Source: Pedobacter sp.
Lineage (GTDB): Bacteria; Desulfobacterota; Desulfuromonadia; Desulfuromonadales; Syntrophotaleaceae
Direction of reading: 5' to 3'
Length of the DNA: 64,000 nt
NCBI GenBank assembly: GCA_050253415.1
Contig: JBFWJC010000001.1
Coordinates: 1-64,000, forward strand
Position numbers and translations under genes: made by a program. Every line of letters starts with the position of its first letter. Positions within the stretch are counted from its first letter, which is position 1. Under the pieces are notes generated by a model. It saw nothing but the letters and a program-made list of their open reading frames with translations. It had not been told where the DNA came from and did not search any database. Positions 1-7,967 of the stretch are shown piece by piece.

Positions 1-52
1 CCTGTTTCAAAATGCCGATGATCTGCTCTTCGGTGAACCGTTTCGATTTCAT
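1..52 (-). CDS. IS3-family transposase OrfA, N-terminus only (runs off window)
   Basis: Translates MKSKRFTEEQIIGILKQ, typical IS3/IS407 OrfA N-terminus. Confidence 0.85.
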   Translation of the reverse strand, partial: MKSKRFTEEQIIGILKQ

Positions 53-127
53 GTCTATCTCCTTTTCGCGAATGGATAGACCGAAATCACTAACTTTGCA
101 ATGGTTTAGTTTTCAGGGGTAATGTCA
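1..127 (-). mobile_element. Left end of IS3-family (IS407-group-like) insertion sequence, extends beyond window start
   Basis: Minus strand begins TGACATTACCCCTGAAAACTAAACC at 127 (IS3-type TG terminus), followed by AAGGAGA RBS and OrfA start. Confidence 0.8.
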
Positions 128-380
128 TGACGACCAGATTCCGGCCCTTCAACCCAGGACATTTCCAAGATTCGATCAGAATTGGTGGAGGGCTTTGAGC
201 CAAGAAGGCTCGGCAGGTTTTTAGATCAATAACAATTGTCGGTTTTGATGTCAGAATCCCGAGTGGTTTTCATAAAAATATCCATAACCCATTGGCAACT
301 TTAGTTATCAAGAATTTATACAATAGCAAATAGCACCAAACACACACATATTATCGTGAAAAATTTTTTTGTATAATATA

Positions 381-928
381 CTCATGAATGGTTCCAGGCC
401 TGGCAGGCCGTAACCCCGTTGGAGTATGCGCAGCGGGCTGCCCTGTCAGCCTGGCTGCTGGAATATCGCGACAGCCTGGGAATCGCCCTCACCGACTGCT
501 ATTCCATGGAAGCCTTCTGCAGGGATTTCAAGCTGTTTTTCGGCAACCTCTATGACGGCCTGCGCCACGACAGCGGCGATCCGATCGCCTGGGGCGAGAG
601 GGCGATCCGGCTCTATGAAGCCTTCGACATCGAGCCACAAAGCAAAACCCTGGTTTTCAGCGACGGGCTTACCTTCGACAAAATCCTCGAGCTTTACGAT
701 CATTTCCGGGGTCGGATCAATACCGGTTTCGGCATAGGCACCAACCTGACCAACGACCTTGGTTACGAACCGCTCAACATCGTCATCAAGATGGTGACCT
801 GTCACGGACGCCCGGTAGCCAAAATCAGCGACGCTCCGGGCAAAAGCATGTGCGAAGACGCCGACTACCTGGAAAACCTGGCACGGCTCTACAAGATCGA
901 CGATTGGCAGCCCGCCCCACCGGCTTGA
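381..928 (+). pseudogene. pncB: Nicotinate phosphoribosyltransferase, 3' portion only (5' half missing in this window)
   Basis: In-frame HEWFQA at ~383 then ALTD, GLRHDSGDP, FSDGL, FGIGTNL, LNIVIKM, PVAKISD motifs; upstream is unrelated AT-rich sequence. Confidence 0.85.
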
Positions 929-1276
929 AGGGAGACGCTGCCGTCTATCGAAGGCCCCTTCAAAACGAAACACCGGCAACTCGCAGCCCTCATTCAACAA
1001 TCCGCTACTGTAAAAAACCCGGACGACAATCGTCGCGACCATTCCAACCTTCTTCCGGGGATAAAAGCTCATAAACAGGTCGGTCAGAGACGTAAATTCC
1101 GGCTGTTTCCCGCATTCCCCCGGCAGTTCTTTTCCCCGGCCCAAAAAGGAACTTATTCGACTTGACTATATAGTTTTTTATATATATAGTTTTCAATATA
1201 TTTAAACAGGACGAGGTTCGCCACGCTTGCCGGGCCAGCAGTCGCCCTTTGCTTTCTATCAGGAGTAGATAAACCA

Positions 1277-1633
1277 ATGCAAAATGAAACGATGTCGGAT
1301 GTTGCCGTATTTCTTTTCAAAAAGGGCGGGAAAAACTGTGCTGAAGCCGTCGCCGAAGCCTGGCAGCAAGTATCCGGCAAGGATCTTGAATTGACGGTGA
1401 ACCTGGGTAAGTGCGGCGGTGGCCGGGCGCCACAGGGATTGTGCGGAGCCATTTATGCTGCCCAGCTCGTCTGCGATGAAGATAAAAAAGTCGCCCTTAC
1501 CGATCGCTTCGCGGATGCCGCCGGATCGCTCGGGTGCCGGGAAATCCGTTCGATGAAGAAGCTGTCCTGCACGGCCTGCGTCGAATTGGCCGCCGCCCTG
1601 CTCGAAGAGAATCTGCAACAAGCGGTCGCCTGA
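1277..1633 (+). CDS. C-GCAxxG-C-C family putative redox protein
   Basis: NCAEAV, GLCGAIYA, CREIR, CTACVELAA cysteine pattern; AGGAG RBS. Confidence 0.75.
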   Translation: MQNETMSDVAVFLFKKGGKNCAEAVAEAWQQVSGKDLELTVNLGKCGGGRAPQGLCGAIYAAQLVCDEDKKVALTDRFADAAGSLGCREIRSMKKLSCTACVELAAALLEENLQQAVA

Positions 1634-1734
1634 TCGACCGAACATTTTCAATCCCGGATGTTGCCCGACAAGGGGACTCCCCCTCTCCATCTCCTTGTTC
1701 AGTCAGCACTTGCTTCCTCCCAAGCTCCGAGAGG

Positions 1735-1770
1735 ACAAAGCCCTTCAGTTTCTGAAGGGCTTTTGTCTTT
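1735..1770. terminator. Probable intrinsic terminator hairpin
   Basis: GACAAAGCCCTTCAG-TTT-CTGAAGGGCTTTTGTC stem between convergent genes. Confidence 0.6.
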
Positions 1771-1891
1771 GTTGGTGCGGAGTTGGCACTCCAAAATCAA
1801 AAAACAGGGGCAAGCCCCTGCTTTCTTTTCTATCATTCAGACTAACGCACTAAAGCAACAACGTCCCCGGATGCTCCTACTGCTTATCAAA

Positions 1892-2122
1892 TCATCTTTT
1901 GTTTATTGAAACCGCTATTATTTTAAAAAGCAGAAGAATCCATGGAAATCCATGTAAAAAAAGATCAAACCAATCTAATGGCTTTATCAAAACTCCTCTT
2001 CTCAGCATTGATAGTTTTTCAACAATATGTGGCGGAGAAAAAGGAGCTAGCCCCAGCGTTGCACATAATATTAAAACTATTCCCCAATCTAATTTATCCA
2101 TCAGGAATAATATATTTTTCAT
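1892..2122 (-). CDS. Small conserved membrane protein
   Basis: 76 aa, two hydrophobic segments, LGLAPF..PH..EKL.ML..G...P.DWFDL.LHG.P pattern; low GC. Confidence 0.7.
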   Translation of the reverse strand: MKNILFLMDKLDWGIVLILCATLGLAPFSPPHIVEKLSMLRRGVLIKPLDWFDLFLHGFPWILLLFKIIAVSINKR

Positions 2123-2292
2123 ATTGCCTCACTATAACGGTGGAAAATCAGGGACACTCCCCTGTTTTCTTCAAACTGCGTCAGATAGGTCAACCGATCT
2201 TCATCATCGAAAAAGGTTGTCGAGCGATTATTGCCACGCTGGGTTACATGGTGCGGGTATCCTGGAGCGACTATGCTAGCTATTCTTGGCAT
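2119..2292 (-). pseudogene. N-terminal remnant of REP-associated tyrosine transposase (RAYT, Y1 HUH family)
   Basis: Not in ORF track (57 aa): MPRIASIVAPGYPHHVTQRGNNRSTTFFDDEDRLTYL matches RAYT N-terminus; homology stops at a palindrome near 2168. Confidence 0.8.
2144..2168. repeat. REP-like palindrome
   Basis: AAAATCAGGGACACTCCCCTGTTTT; related palindromes at 1671-1684, 1801-1824 and 2340-2367. Confidence 0.6.
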
Positions 2293-2339
2293 GAAGCCAG
2301 AGTATAGGAAACAAACCCAAGAGATAATTAAATTCTATA

Positions 2340-2367
2340 AAATAAGGGAAGTGCCCCCCCCATTTAT
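2340..2367. repeat. REP-like palindrome upstream of RAYT remnant
   Basis: AAATAAGGGAAGTGCCCCCCCCATTTAT, inverted relative to the 2144 copy. Confidence 0.55.
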
Positions 2368-2389
2368 CCCCGCCGGATGCGGAAACGCA

Positions 2390-3136
2390 TCACCGCGGCA
2401 TCAGCGCAAACACACCCCAGCCCAGGTATTCACGCGTGTAAGCGGCGTAGCGCTCGGGTTCCGAGGTCAGTTTGGCTCGAACCTCCTTCGCGAACTCGTC
2501 GTCGGGATTGGCTTCAAGCCATCGGCGCATGGTGAGCCATTTGGCCGCCTCGTATCTGTCCCAGCCGTCTTGGTCAGCCAGAACCATTTCAACGACATCG
2601 TAGCCAAGGTGACCGAAAGACGCGAGAAGTTCTGGAAGCATGAGAAAGTCGGAGATTGAGTTGGCAAGACACCCCTTGGCAACATCTTCCGTCGGCGGTA
2701 ACTGCCGCCAATAAGGTTCGCCGATGAGGATGATCCCGCCGGTGCGCAGGCTCCGCGCCAGAAGTTCGATGGTGCCAGCGACTCCTCCGGCGATCCAGGT
2801 AGCCCCGACGCAAGCGGCCACGCTGACCTTCTCGTCGGAGACGTAACCCGCAGCATCCCCATGGATGAACTCGACGCGATTGGCGACCCCGAGTTCTACA
2901 GCACGGAGTTTCGCTTGCTTGGTGAACAACTGGCTCATATCGATGCCGGTGCCGATGATGCCGTGATCGCGTGCCCAAGTGCACAGCATCTCCCCCGAAC
3001 CGCTGCCGAGGTCGAGCACTCGGGCTCCCGTTTCCAGACGTAGCGCCGCGCCGAGAGTGGCGAGCTTTTCGGGTGTGATCGGGTTGTGGATGCGGTGCGC
3101 ACTCTCAGTGATGTTGAATATCCGTGGGATGTCCAT
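2390..3136 (-). CDS. Class I SAM-dependent methyltransferase, YjhP-like
   Basis: VLDLGSGSGEM motif I; overall sequence closely resembles E. coli YjhP (MDIPRIF...HRIHNP...GWDRYEAAKWLTMRRWLEANPDD). Confidence 0.85.
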   Translation of the reverse strand: MDIPRIFNITESAHRIHNPITPEKLATLGAALRLETGARVLDLGSGSGEMLCTWARDHGIIGTGIDMSQLFTKQAKLRAVELGVANRVEFIHGDAAGYVSDEKVSVAACVGATWIAGGVAGTIELLARSLRTGGIILIGEPYWRQLPPTEDVAKGCLANSISDFLMLPELLASFGHLGYDVVEMVLADQDGWDRYEAAKWLTMRRWLEANPDDEFAKEVRAKLTSEPERYAAYTREYLGWGVFALMPR

Positions 3137-3175
3137 TGCGCAAAATTCCTTGGGGCGAAAATAAAATTGATAAAG

Positions 3176-3237
3176 GCCTAATGGGCTGCTGTGGGGGGCG
3201 CGGCTGTTTGCGCGTCCCTACCAGCAGACGGTTGTGT
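3176..3237 (-). mobile_element. attC site (62 bp), degenerate R' (ATTAGGC instead of GTTRRRY)
   Basis: Minus strand ACACAAC ... CTGCTGGTAGGGACGCG/CGCGCCCCCCACAGCAG hairpin ... ATTAGGC. Confidence 0.8.
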
Positions 3238-3246
3238 TTGTAATTC

Positions 3247-3813
3247 TTATTTTATCCATTTCTCTATAATTGGTGCCTTATATCTTTCAAATTGTGCAAA
3301 CAGACCATCAGGATCATCACTTACAAGAAGCATTTCTCGATGTTGATGTTTTACAAACATTTGGTCAACTGAGTAGTCAAGAAATTCAAACAATCTATCA
3401 AAATAGCCACATACATTAATAACTCCGCATGGTTTCCCATGGAAACCTAATTGCGCCCAAGTCAAAATTTCGAAAACTTCTTCTATCGTTCCCATTCCAC
3501 CTGGTAACGCAATAAAACCATCAGACAAATCGAACATCATTTTCTTTCGCTCGTGCATTGTAGGTACTATATGCAGCTCGGAAAGATTGTTGTCCGCAAC
3601 TTTGTCTGCAAATGATTCTGGAATGACACCTATTACCTTTCCGCCATTATCCATTGCTGCGGACGCAACAGCACCCATTAGCCCAACTTGAGCCCCTCCA
3701 TACACAAGCTCGACACCCTTATTTGATATCAATTCGCCAAGCTTTATTGCGGTCTCTATATACTCAGGACGTGCGCCTGAATTCGAGCCACAATTAACAC
3801 AAATTCTTTTCAT
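3247..3813 (-). CDS. LOG family (TIGR00730-type) nucleotide phosphoribohydrolase, gene cassette
   Basis: LVYGG..GLMG, MHERKKMM, PGGMGTIEE motifs. Confidence 0.9.
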   Translation of the reverse strand: MKRICVNCGSNSGARPEYIETAIKLGELISNKGVELVYGGAQVGLMGAVASAAMDNGGKVIGVIPESFADKVADNNLSELHIVPTMHERKKMMFDLSDGFIALPGGMGTIEEVFEILTWAQLGFHGKPCGVINVCGYFDRLFEFLDYSVDQMFVKHQHREMLLVSDDPDGLFAQFERYKAPIIEKWIK

Positions 3814-3832
3814 CTATCTCCTCTTCCATGAA

Positions 3833-3936
3833 ACACAACGATTTGGGTAACCGGCTGCATTGTGCCTATGGGATTTGGCAGAGCCATCTACGAGAATCAC
3901 CCCTTACCACCAGTGCGGTTGACCTGATGGTTGGGT
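3833..3936 (-). mobile_element. attC site (104 bp)
   Basis: Minus strand ACCCAAC just after LysE stop ... GGTCAACCGCACTG/CAGCCGGTTACCC arms ... GTTGTGT. Confidence 0.8.
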
Positions 3937-3937
3937 G

Positions 3938-4552
3938 TCATTTATCGGCGAACGAGAGTTCTGCCGCCAGGCCAACAAAGGCCGCTGCGAAGCTGCGGCG
4001 AAGCCAGGTTTGGATTCGCGGCGAATCGACGACTGTTTTACGGAAAGCATAAGCTAGACAACCATAGCCCACGAACACGACAAACGTCATGGCCATAAAA
4101 ACCGTGCTCAGCAGGATAAGCTGGAAGATCGGTTCCGTCGACCCCGGTTGAACAAATTGCGGGAGAAAAGCTAAGAAGAAGATAGTCAGTTTCGGATTGA
4201 GAATGTTTAGCAGAAAAGCCTTCAAGATAAGACCAGTGGCCGAGCTTGCAGAGGACTTTTCTTCAATGGCCAAAGTTGATTTGTCTCGCCAAGTGGCAAA
4301 TGCGATGTAGAGCAAGTAGGCAATGCCAGCGTACTTCAGGGCCTGAAAAAGTAGTGCACTGGTGTGCATGAGAGCCGCCAGCCCAAGCACTGTAGCCATT
4401 AGATGGGGGAGAATGCCCGACGTGCAACCAAGTGCCGCGAACAAGCTAGCCTTTCGGCCCTGGCTGAGGCCAGTGGATATGGTGAAAATTACCCCGGTGC
4501 CAGGGATAAGTACCACTACAAACGAGGTGATGAGAAATTCAAGGTTCAACAT
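3938..4552 (-). CDS. LysE/RhtB family translocator, gene cassette
   Basis: IPGTG, LKYAGIAYLLY, LLNILNPK..IFFLAFLPQF motifs. Confidence 0.9.
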   Translation of the reverse strand: MLNLEFLITSFVVVLIPGTGVIFTISTGLSQGRKASLFAALGCTSGILPHLMATVLGLAALMHTSALLFQALKYAGIAYLLYIAFATWRDKSTLAIEEKSSASSATGLILKAFLLNILNPKLTIFFLAFLPQFVQPGSTEPIFQLILLSTVFMAMTFVVFVGYGCLAYAFRKTVVDSPRIQTWLRRSFAAAFVGLAAELSFADK

Positions 4553-4593
4553 TCAAAGAATCTCCTACGGATTGTCAGTAGTGGGGCTACAAG

Positions 4594-4696
4594 GCCCAAC
4601 GTTTTGGTATCCGGCTGCGTTGTACCGAAACAATTAATAAAGACCTTTACGGAAAACGCCCCTGTATCACCAGACCAGTTTACCTAATGGTTGGCC
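4594..4696 (-). mobile_element. attC site (103 bp)
   Basis: Minus strand GGCCAAC ... GGTAAACTGGTCTG/CAGCCGGATACCA arms ... GTTGGGC. Confidence 0.75.
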
Positions 4697-4770
4697 ACTT
4701 GCTTTTAGATGGCGTATTCCACTAAACCCTGACAATGATTGGCTTGTACTTGGATTTATTTATGCTCACC

Positions 4771-5298
4771 TTAGAATGATAAATCTTGAGATTCCCAATG
4801 GCTCTGCTTTTTCACTTCAAGAGTTTGTGATGCAATGCTCATCCGTACGAGTTGCTCAAGTTTCGCCGAAGGAGTCATAGATGTTTCCATGCTTAACAAG
4901 GCCACCAAGTTTCTCAGGACCTGCACAGGAGTCATTACAAAGCCCCATGGAATACCCCACCACCCAAGCAATAATGAGTAAACGGTCGCCCCAAGTTTCG
5001 CTTTGATACCACATATATTGCAAGAAACTCGCGGAGTACTGGACCAAGATGTGACGACAAGAAAAGAAGCAACTTTATGTGAGGTATGTACGTCAACCAG
5101 GCCGCGATTTCTCCCGCAAACCGGACAAGGGCCAGAGTGAATTTCACGTACCTGCTTAAAAACAATGTCTTCCGGCACCTGATCTGCAACCAGTGTAAAT
5201 TGGCCATTAGACAAACATTTATTGTTACAAAAAGTAAGACCTTCTGCCTTTTTCCCGCCAAACAAAATGGTCCTACCACAAAATGCACATTTGGCCAT
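4771..5298 (-). CDS. Hypothetical Cys-rich (zinc-ribbon) membrane protein, gene cassette
   Basis: CAFC/CNNKC/CPVC/CNIC pairs and LLGWWGIPWG hydrophobic segment. Confidence 0.75.
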   Translation of the reverse strand: MAKCAFCGRTILFGGKKAEGLTFCNNKCLSNGQFTLVADQVPEDIVFKQVREIHSGPCPVCGRNRGLVDVHTSHKVASFLVVTSWSSTPRVSCNICGIKAKLGATVYSLLLGWWGIPWGFVMTPVQVLRNLVALLSMETSMTPSAKLEQLVRMSIASQTLEVKKQSHWESQDLSF

Positions 5299-5352
5299 CT
5301 ATTCTTTTCCTTCTCTAACAGTTATTGTATTGAATCCCAAAGTTGTTTAGGA

Positions 5353-5410
5353 GACCAACGATAAAATTCAGCGAGAGCCGTAGGCGATCCGCTGGAATGC
5401 ATGGTTAGAT
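5353..5410 (-). mobile_element. attC site (58 bp)
   Basis: Minus strand ATCTAAC ... TTCCAGCG/CGCTGAA arms ... GTTGGTC. Confidence 0.8.
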
Positions 5411-5415
5411 TCTGC

Positions 5416-5814
5416 CTATTCACCGAATTTATTCCGGTGTTTAATAAGTGCATTTAATGCGAATCCCATAGAGAAAACACCAAACACCAAACCACTGACG
5501 AGTAGTCCATCGGCGTGACCAAAGTGATTCTTTGCTCGCACTATTCCAAATACACAAAATGCCGAATATGCTAAGGCGAGGACGAAGCCAAGAATTATCG
5601 AATTTATTGTCGGTAGTTCTGGAACTCCATGCTCGTTTACCAAGAATTTAGCATTGCAGTTTGAGCAGCTATAGGTTCCGGCAGGAATTTTCTTATTTCT
5701 TTTCCCGCACTTGGGACAGGCAGTATACTTAGCAGGCCTTGAAAGTAAGTAGAACCGTACCCAGAAGAGAAATATTATTAAAATTTCAAGTAGGACTATT
5801 TGGATAATTTCCAT
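5416..5814 (-). CDS. Hypothetical membrane protein with CxxC...CxxC zinc ribbon, gene cassette
   Basis: CPKC...CSNC and three hydrophobic segments; flanked by GTTAGAT/ATCTAAC. Confidence 0.7.
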   Translation of the reverse strand: MEIIQIVLLEILIIFLFWVRFYLLSRPAKYTACPKCGKRNKKIPAGTYSCSNCNAKFLVNEHGVPELPTINSIILGFVLALAYSAFCVFGIVRAKNHFGHADGLLVSGLVFGVFSMGFALNALIKHRNKFGE

Positions 5815-5821
5815 TTCGGGA

Positions 5822-5902
5822 ATCTAACGCCGGCAACACCGGAAAATTAGAGTGGAAGCGAAGCCGGAGCTTTAATTTTTCCGGTGCTTGCCCTTGTTAA
5901 GC
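5822..5902 (-). mobile_element. attC site (81 bp)
   Basis: Long imperfect palindrome GGCAACACCGGAAAATTA...TAATTTTTCCGGTGCTTGCC bounded by ATCTAAC and GTTAAGC. Confidence 0.85.
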
Positions 5903-6581
5903 GTAGCGGCTTTAAGCGGCAATACAAAATTGCACCTAATGCTCCCAGTAAGTGGCCAATGTGATCAATTTTCATATCTAAAGCTTCTTTAGAACTACCT
6001 CTAAGCTCTGAATCTAAGGCAAGCATTATTGCCAAAAACAGGAACAGAGAAATTGCTAAAAGCCATTCCTTGGTGGTTAATTCCTCTTCATCTGTAAAAT
6101 AAGCAGCAGCCAGACCGAAAACCCCACCCGATATCCCACTGACTGCAATATTTTCCGAATAGAATAGTATAGATGGTATGGATGCTAAGCCGCCCACAAG
6201 AAGAACTGCCAAATACCTCTTGGCTCCAACCCTGCGCTCATAGGCAGATGTTAGACCTAGGCCAATAACATTTGCAGCTAGATGAAGCAGGTTACCATGG
6301 ATAAACAGGTGTGATACTGACTGTAAAGGCCACTTTAAAAACTGATCAACGTCATTACTCAGCGCGAACGTTCGATACAGGTTCTCATCTACGGAAATGA
6401 AACCAAAGTTTGTTGTAAGAAGAAATATGAGAATAATTAAAACACCTGAACATATAGAAGCCCAAACAAACTTAAAGTTTTCACTATAGGTAATTGGAAC
6501 GGTCTTCAAACTACTCGGAGCGGGCTTTATGAAAATCAATAAGCCAATATAAGTCACAATTGTGATAAGAAATATAATCAT
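5847..6581 (-). CDS. Rhomboid family intramembrane serine protease (second gene of two-gene cassette)
   Basis: HLFIHGNLLHLAAN, GISGG catalytic Ser motif, HLLGALG catalytic His motif. Confidence 0.85.
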   Translation of the reverse strand: MIIFLITIVTYIGLLIFIKPAPSSLKTVPITYSENFKFVWASICSGVLIILIFLLTTNFGFISVDENLYRTFALSNDVDQFLKWPLQSVSHLFIHGNLLHLAANVIGLGLTSAYERRVGAKRYLAVLLVGGLASIPSILFYSENIAVSGISGGVFGLAAAYFTDEEELTTKEWLLAISLFLFLAIMLALDSELRGSSKEALDMKIDHIGHLLGALGAILYCRLKPLRLTRASTGKIKAPASLPL

Positions 6582-6985
6582 TAGACTAAAGGTATATTGC
6601 TCTCAATATGTTCTTGAACATCCGGCAGCAATTTTGCAACCGTTTCTACTCCCATTAATTGTGCTTTTACTTTTATCTTCCGGTTGTTTTTGAATGCGAA
6701 TTTCATCGGCCTTTGTAATAGTCCTTTTCCTATTTTCACACTTTCAATTTCACCAAACTCAAAGAAATCATGCTCCTTAAACTTACCTAGCAAGCTCAAT
6801 TTGTGAAAAGATAAACCTTTCTCAGTAACAGCTAAGAAGTATGTTCTCATGCTTAGAATGAAAAGAGGGCCAATTAGTAGGAATAGCCAGATATTTGGTG
6901 GGCTTACGGCCTGAAAAAATCCTATTAATGAATCCCCATCATTCAGATTCTCTTCAATGTGTTTTTTAGCCTGTTCTTTGTTCAT
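6581..6985 (-). CDS. Hypothetical protein, translationally coupled to rhomboid gene
   Basis: 134 aa ORF with AGGAG RBS, stop overlaps rhomboid ATG. Confidence 0.7.
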   Translation of the reverse strand: MNKEQAKKHIEENLNDGDSLIGFFQAVSPPNIWLFLLIGPLFILSMRTYFLAVTEKGLSFHKLSLLGKFKEHDFFEFGEIESVKIGKGLLQRPMKFAFKNNRKIKVKAQLMGVETVAKLLPDVQEHIESNIPLV

Positions 6986-7023
6986 CGTTGCTCCTGATTA
7001 TATTTATGTGATCTCTGGTAAGC

Positions 7024-7129
7024 GCATAACGGTTTGGATAGCCGGCGGCGACGCGAACTTGCGTGTACAACCGAAGTGTACGAGTATCTGCGCAGCTATT
7101 TTCCGTCCGCGTTGATTCTTTGGTTAGGC
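7024..7129 (-). mobile_element. attC site (106 bp)
   Basis: Minus strand GCCTAAC ... imperfect arms with internal GTACA/TGTAC stem ... GTTATGC. Confidence 0.7.
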
Positions 7130-7530
7130 ATTTTTACGTCCTCACCTACCTCTTTTTGTAACTTTTTAAGATTTAAACGCGCCATTTCATCCTGAATTGG
7201 TTGTACTTCAGTGTGCCACTTTTTGAATCCGTACCACATCATGCAAATACCAATACCTATAACAGCACCTAAGCTGTAGTTAAAAAAGTCCTTATCTTTT
7301 TTAGATATTTCGAGTTTTTTCTTAAGGATTTGAAAGCGTGCTTCTTCAGATACGGAGCGTGCGGGGTCGGCTTTTAATGTTTCGTATTCCACAGCAACTT
7401 CGAAAACAAAATCATTCGTCGATTTGTTTACGTAGAGCGACAACCCAATGCCAAACAAAATTAATAATAGGCCGAACAGTGCGTAGAACTTAAATATGTT
7501 GTCTGTTGGTAGGGGGACACGATTTAACAT
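7096..7530 (-). CDS. Hypothetical two-TM membrane protein, first cassette of array
   Basis: Start refined to ATG 7530 (GAGGAA RBS); two hydrophobic segments. Confidence 0.7.
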   Translation of the reverse strand: MLNRVPLPTDNIFKFYALFGLLLILFGIGLSLYVNKSTNDFVFEVAVEYETLKADPARSVSEEARFQILKKKLEISKKDKDFFNYSLGAVIGIGICMMWYGFKKWHTEVQPIQDEMARLNLKKLQKEVGEDVKMPNQRINADGK

Positions 7531-7557
7531 TTGAAGATTCCTCAGTTGATTTATTGC

Positions 7558-7615
7558 ACCTAACATTGTTGATAAGTGGAAAATTGGTCTTCATTTTTTC
7601 CACCTACTGTTAGTA
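7558..7615 (-). mobile_element. Putative attI-like site at head of cassette array
   Basis: Minus strand TTTTCCACTTATCAACAAT-GTTAGGT; GTTAGGT pairs with GCCTAAC of first cassette attC; no attC hairpin upstream. Confidence 0.5.
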
Positions 7616-7879
7616 ACCGTTCTCTAGTCACCGTGAAACCTAAAAGGTTTTTTCCTCTCCAAATCGAATAGCATGCACCAACCCACCGAATTCCATAAAT
7701 AGAAAAAAGTCGCCCCCCGGATACGTTTCGGCTAAGAACTATGGTTGTTCACTGTCGGTATCATAATCCCGAGGCAAACCCATCGGCCGCAAAGATAAAA
7801 TCCTTTCATAAATACCGACAGATATCATAATTTGTCAAACATTCTAATGTGTTTACCCCTCCCGGATAAATTCCATGAA

Positions 7880-7944
7880 GAAAGAAAAAGGGGCAAATCC
7901 TCCCCCTTGAAATGACCGAGGTCGAGCCTTGCCCCTTTTCTTTC
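7880..7944. terminator. Large hairpin downstream of TonB receptor gene
   Basis: GAAAGAAAAAGGGGCAA ... TTGCCCCTTTTCTTTC inverted repeat. Confidence 0.5.
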
Positions 7945-7967
7945 GTGGTTGAAAAACCTGCCTTAAC

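Noticed and set aside
280..320. Tn7-like TnsB-binding site (GATAACTAAAGTTG on minus strand)
   Set aside because: Only one candidate copy and no clear TGT terminus at the pncB junction.
5313..5350. Extra CTCTAAC / GTTAGAG core-like site inside a cassette leader
   Set aside because: No convincing hairpin with L boxes; may be chance or an old secondary site.
3176..7129. CRISPR array interpretation of the regularly spaced palindromes
   Set aside because: Repeats are not identical, are separated by whole genes, and have attC core sites; no cas genes.
7616..7960. Possible intI integrase or remnant divergent from the cassette array
   Set aside because: No ORF or tyrosine-recombinase motifs recognisable; only short inverted repeats (CTGTCGGTAT/ATACCGACAG).
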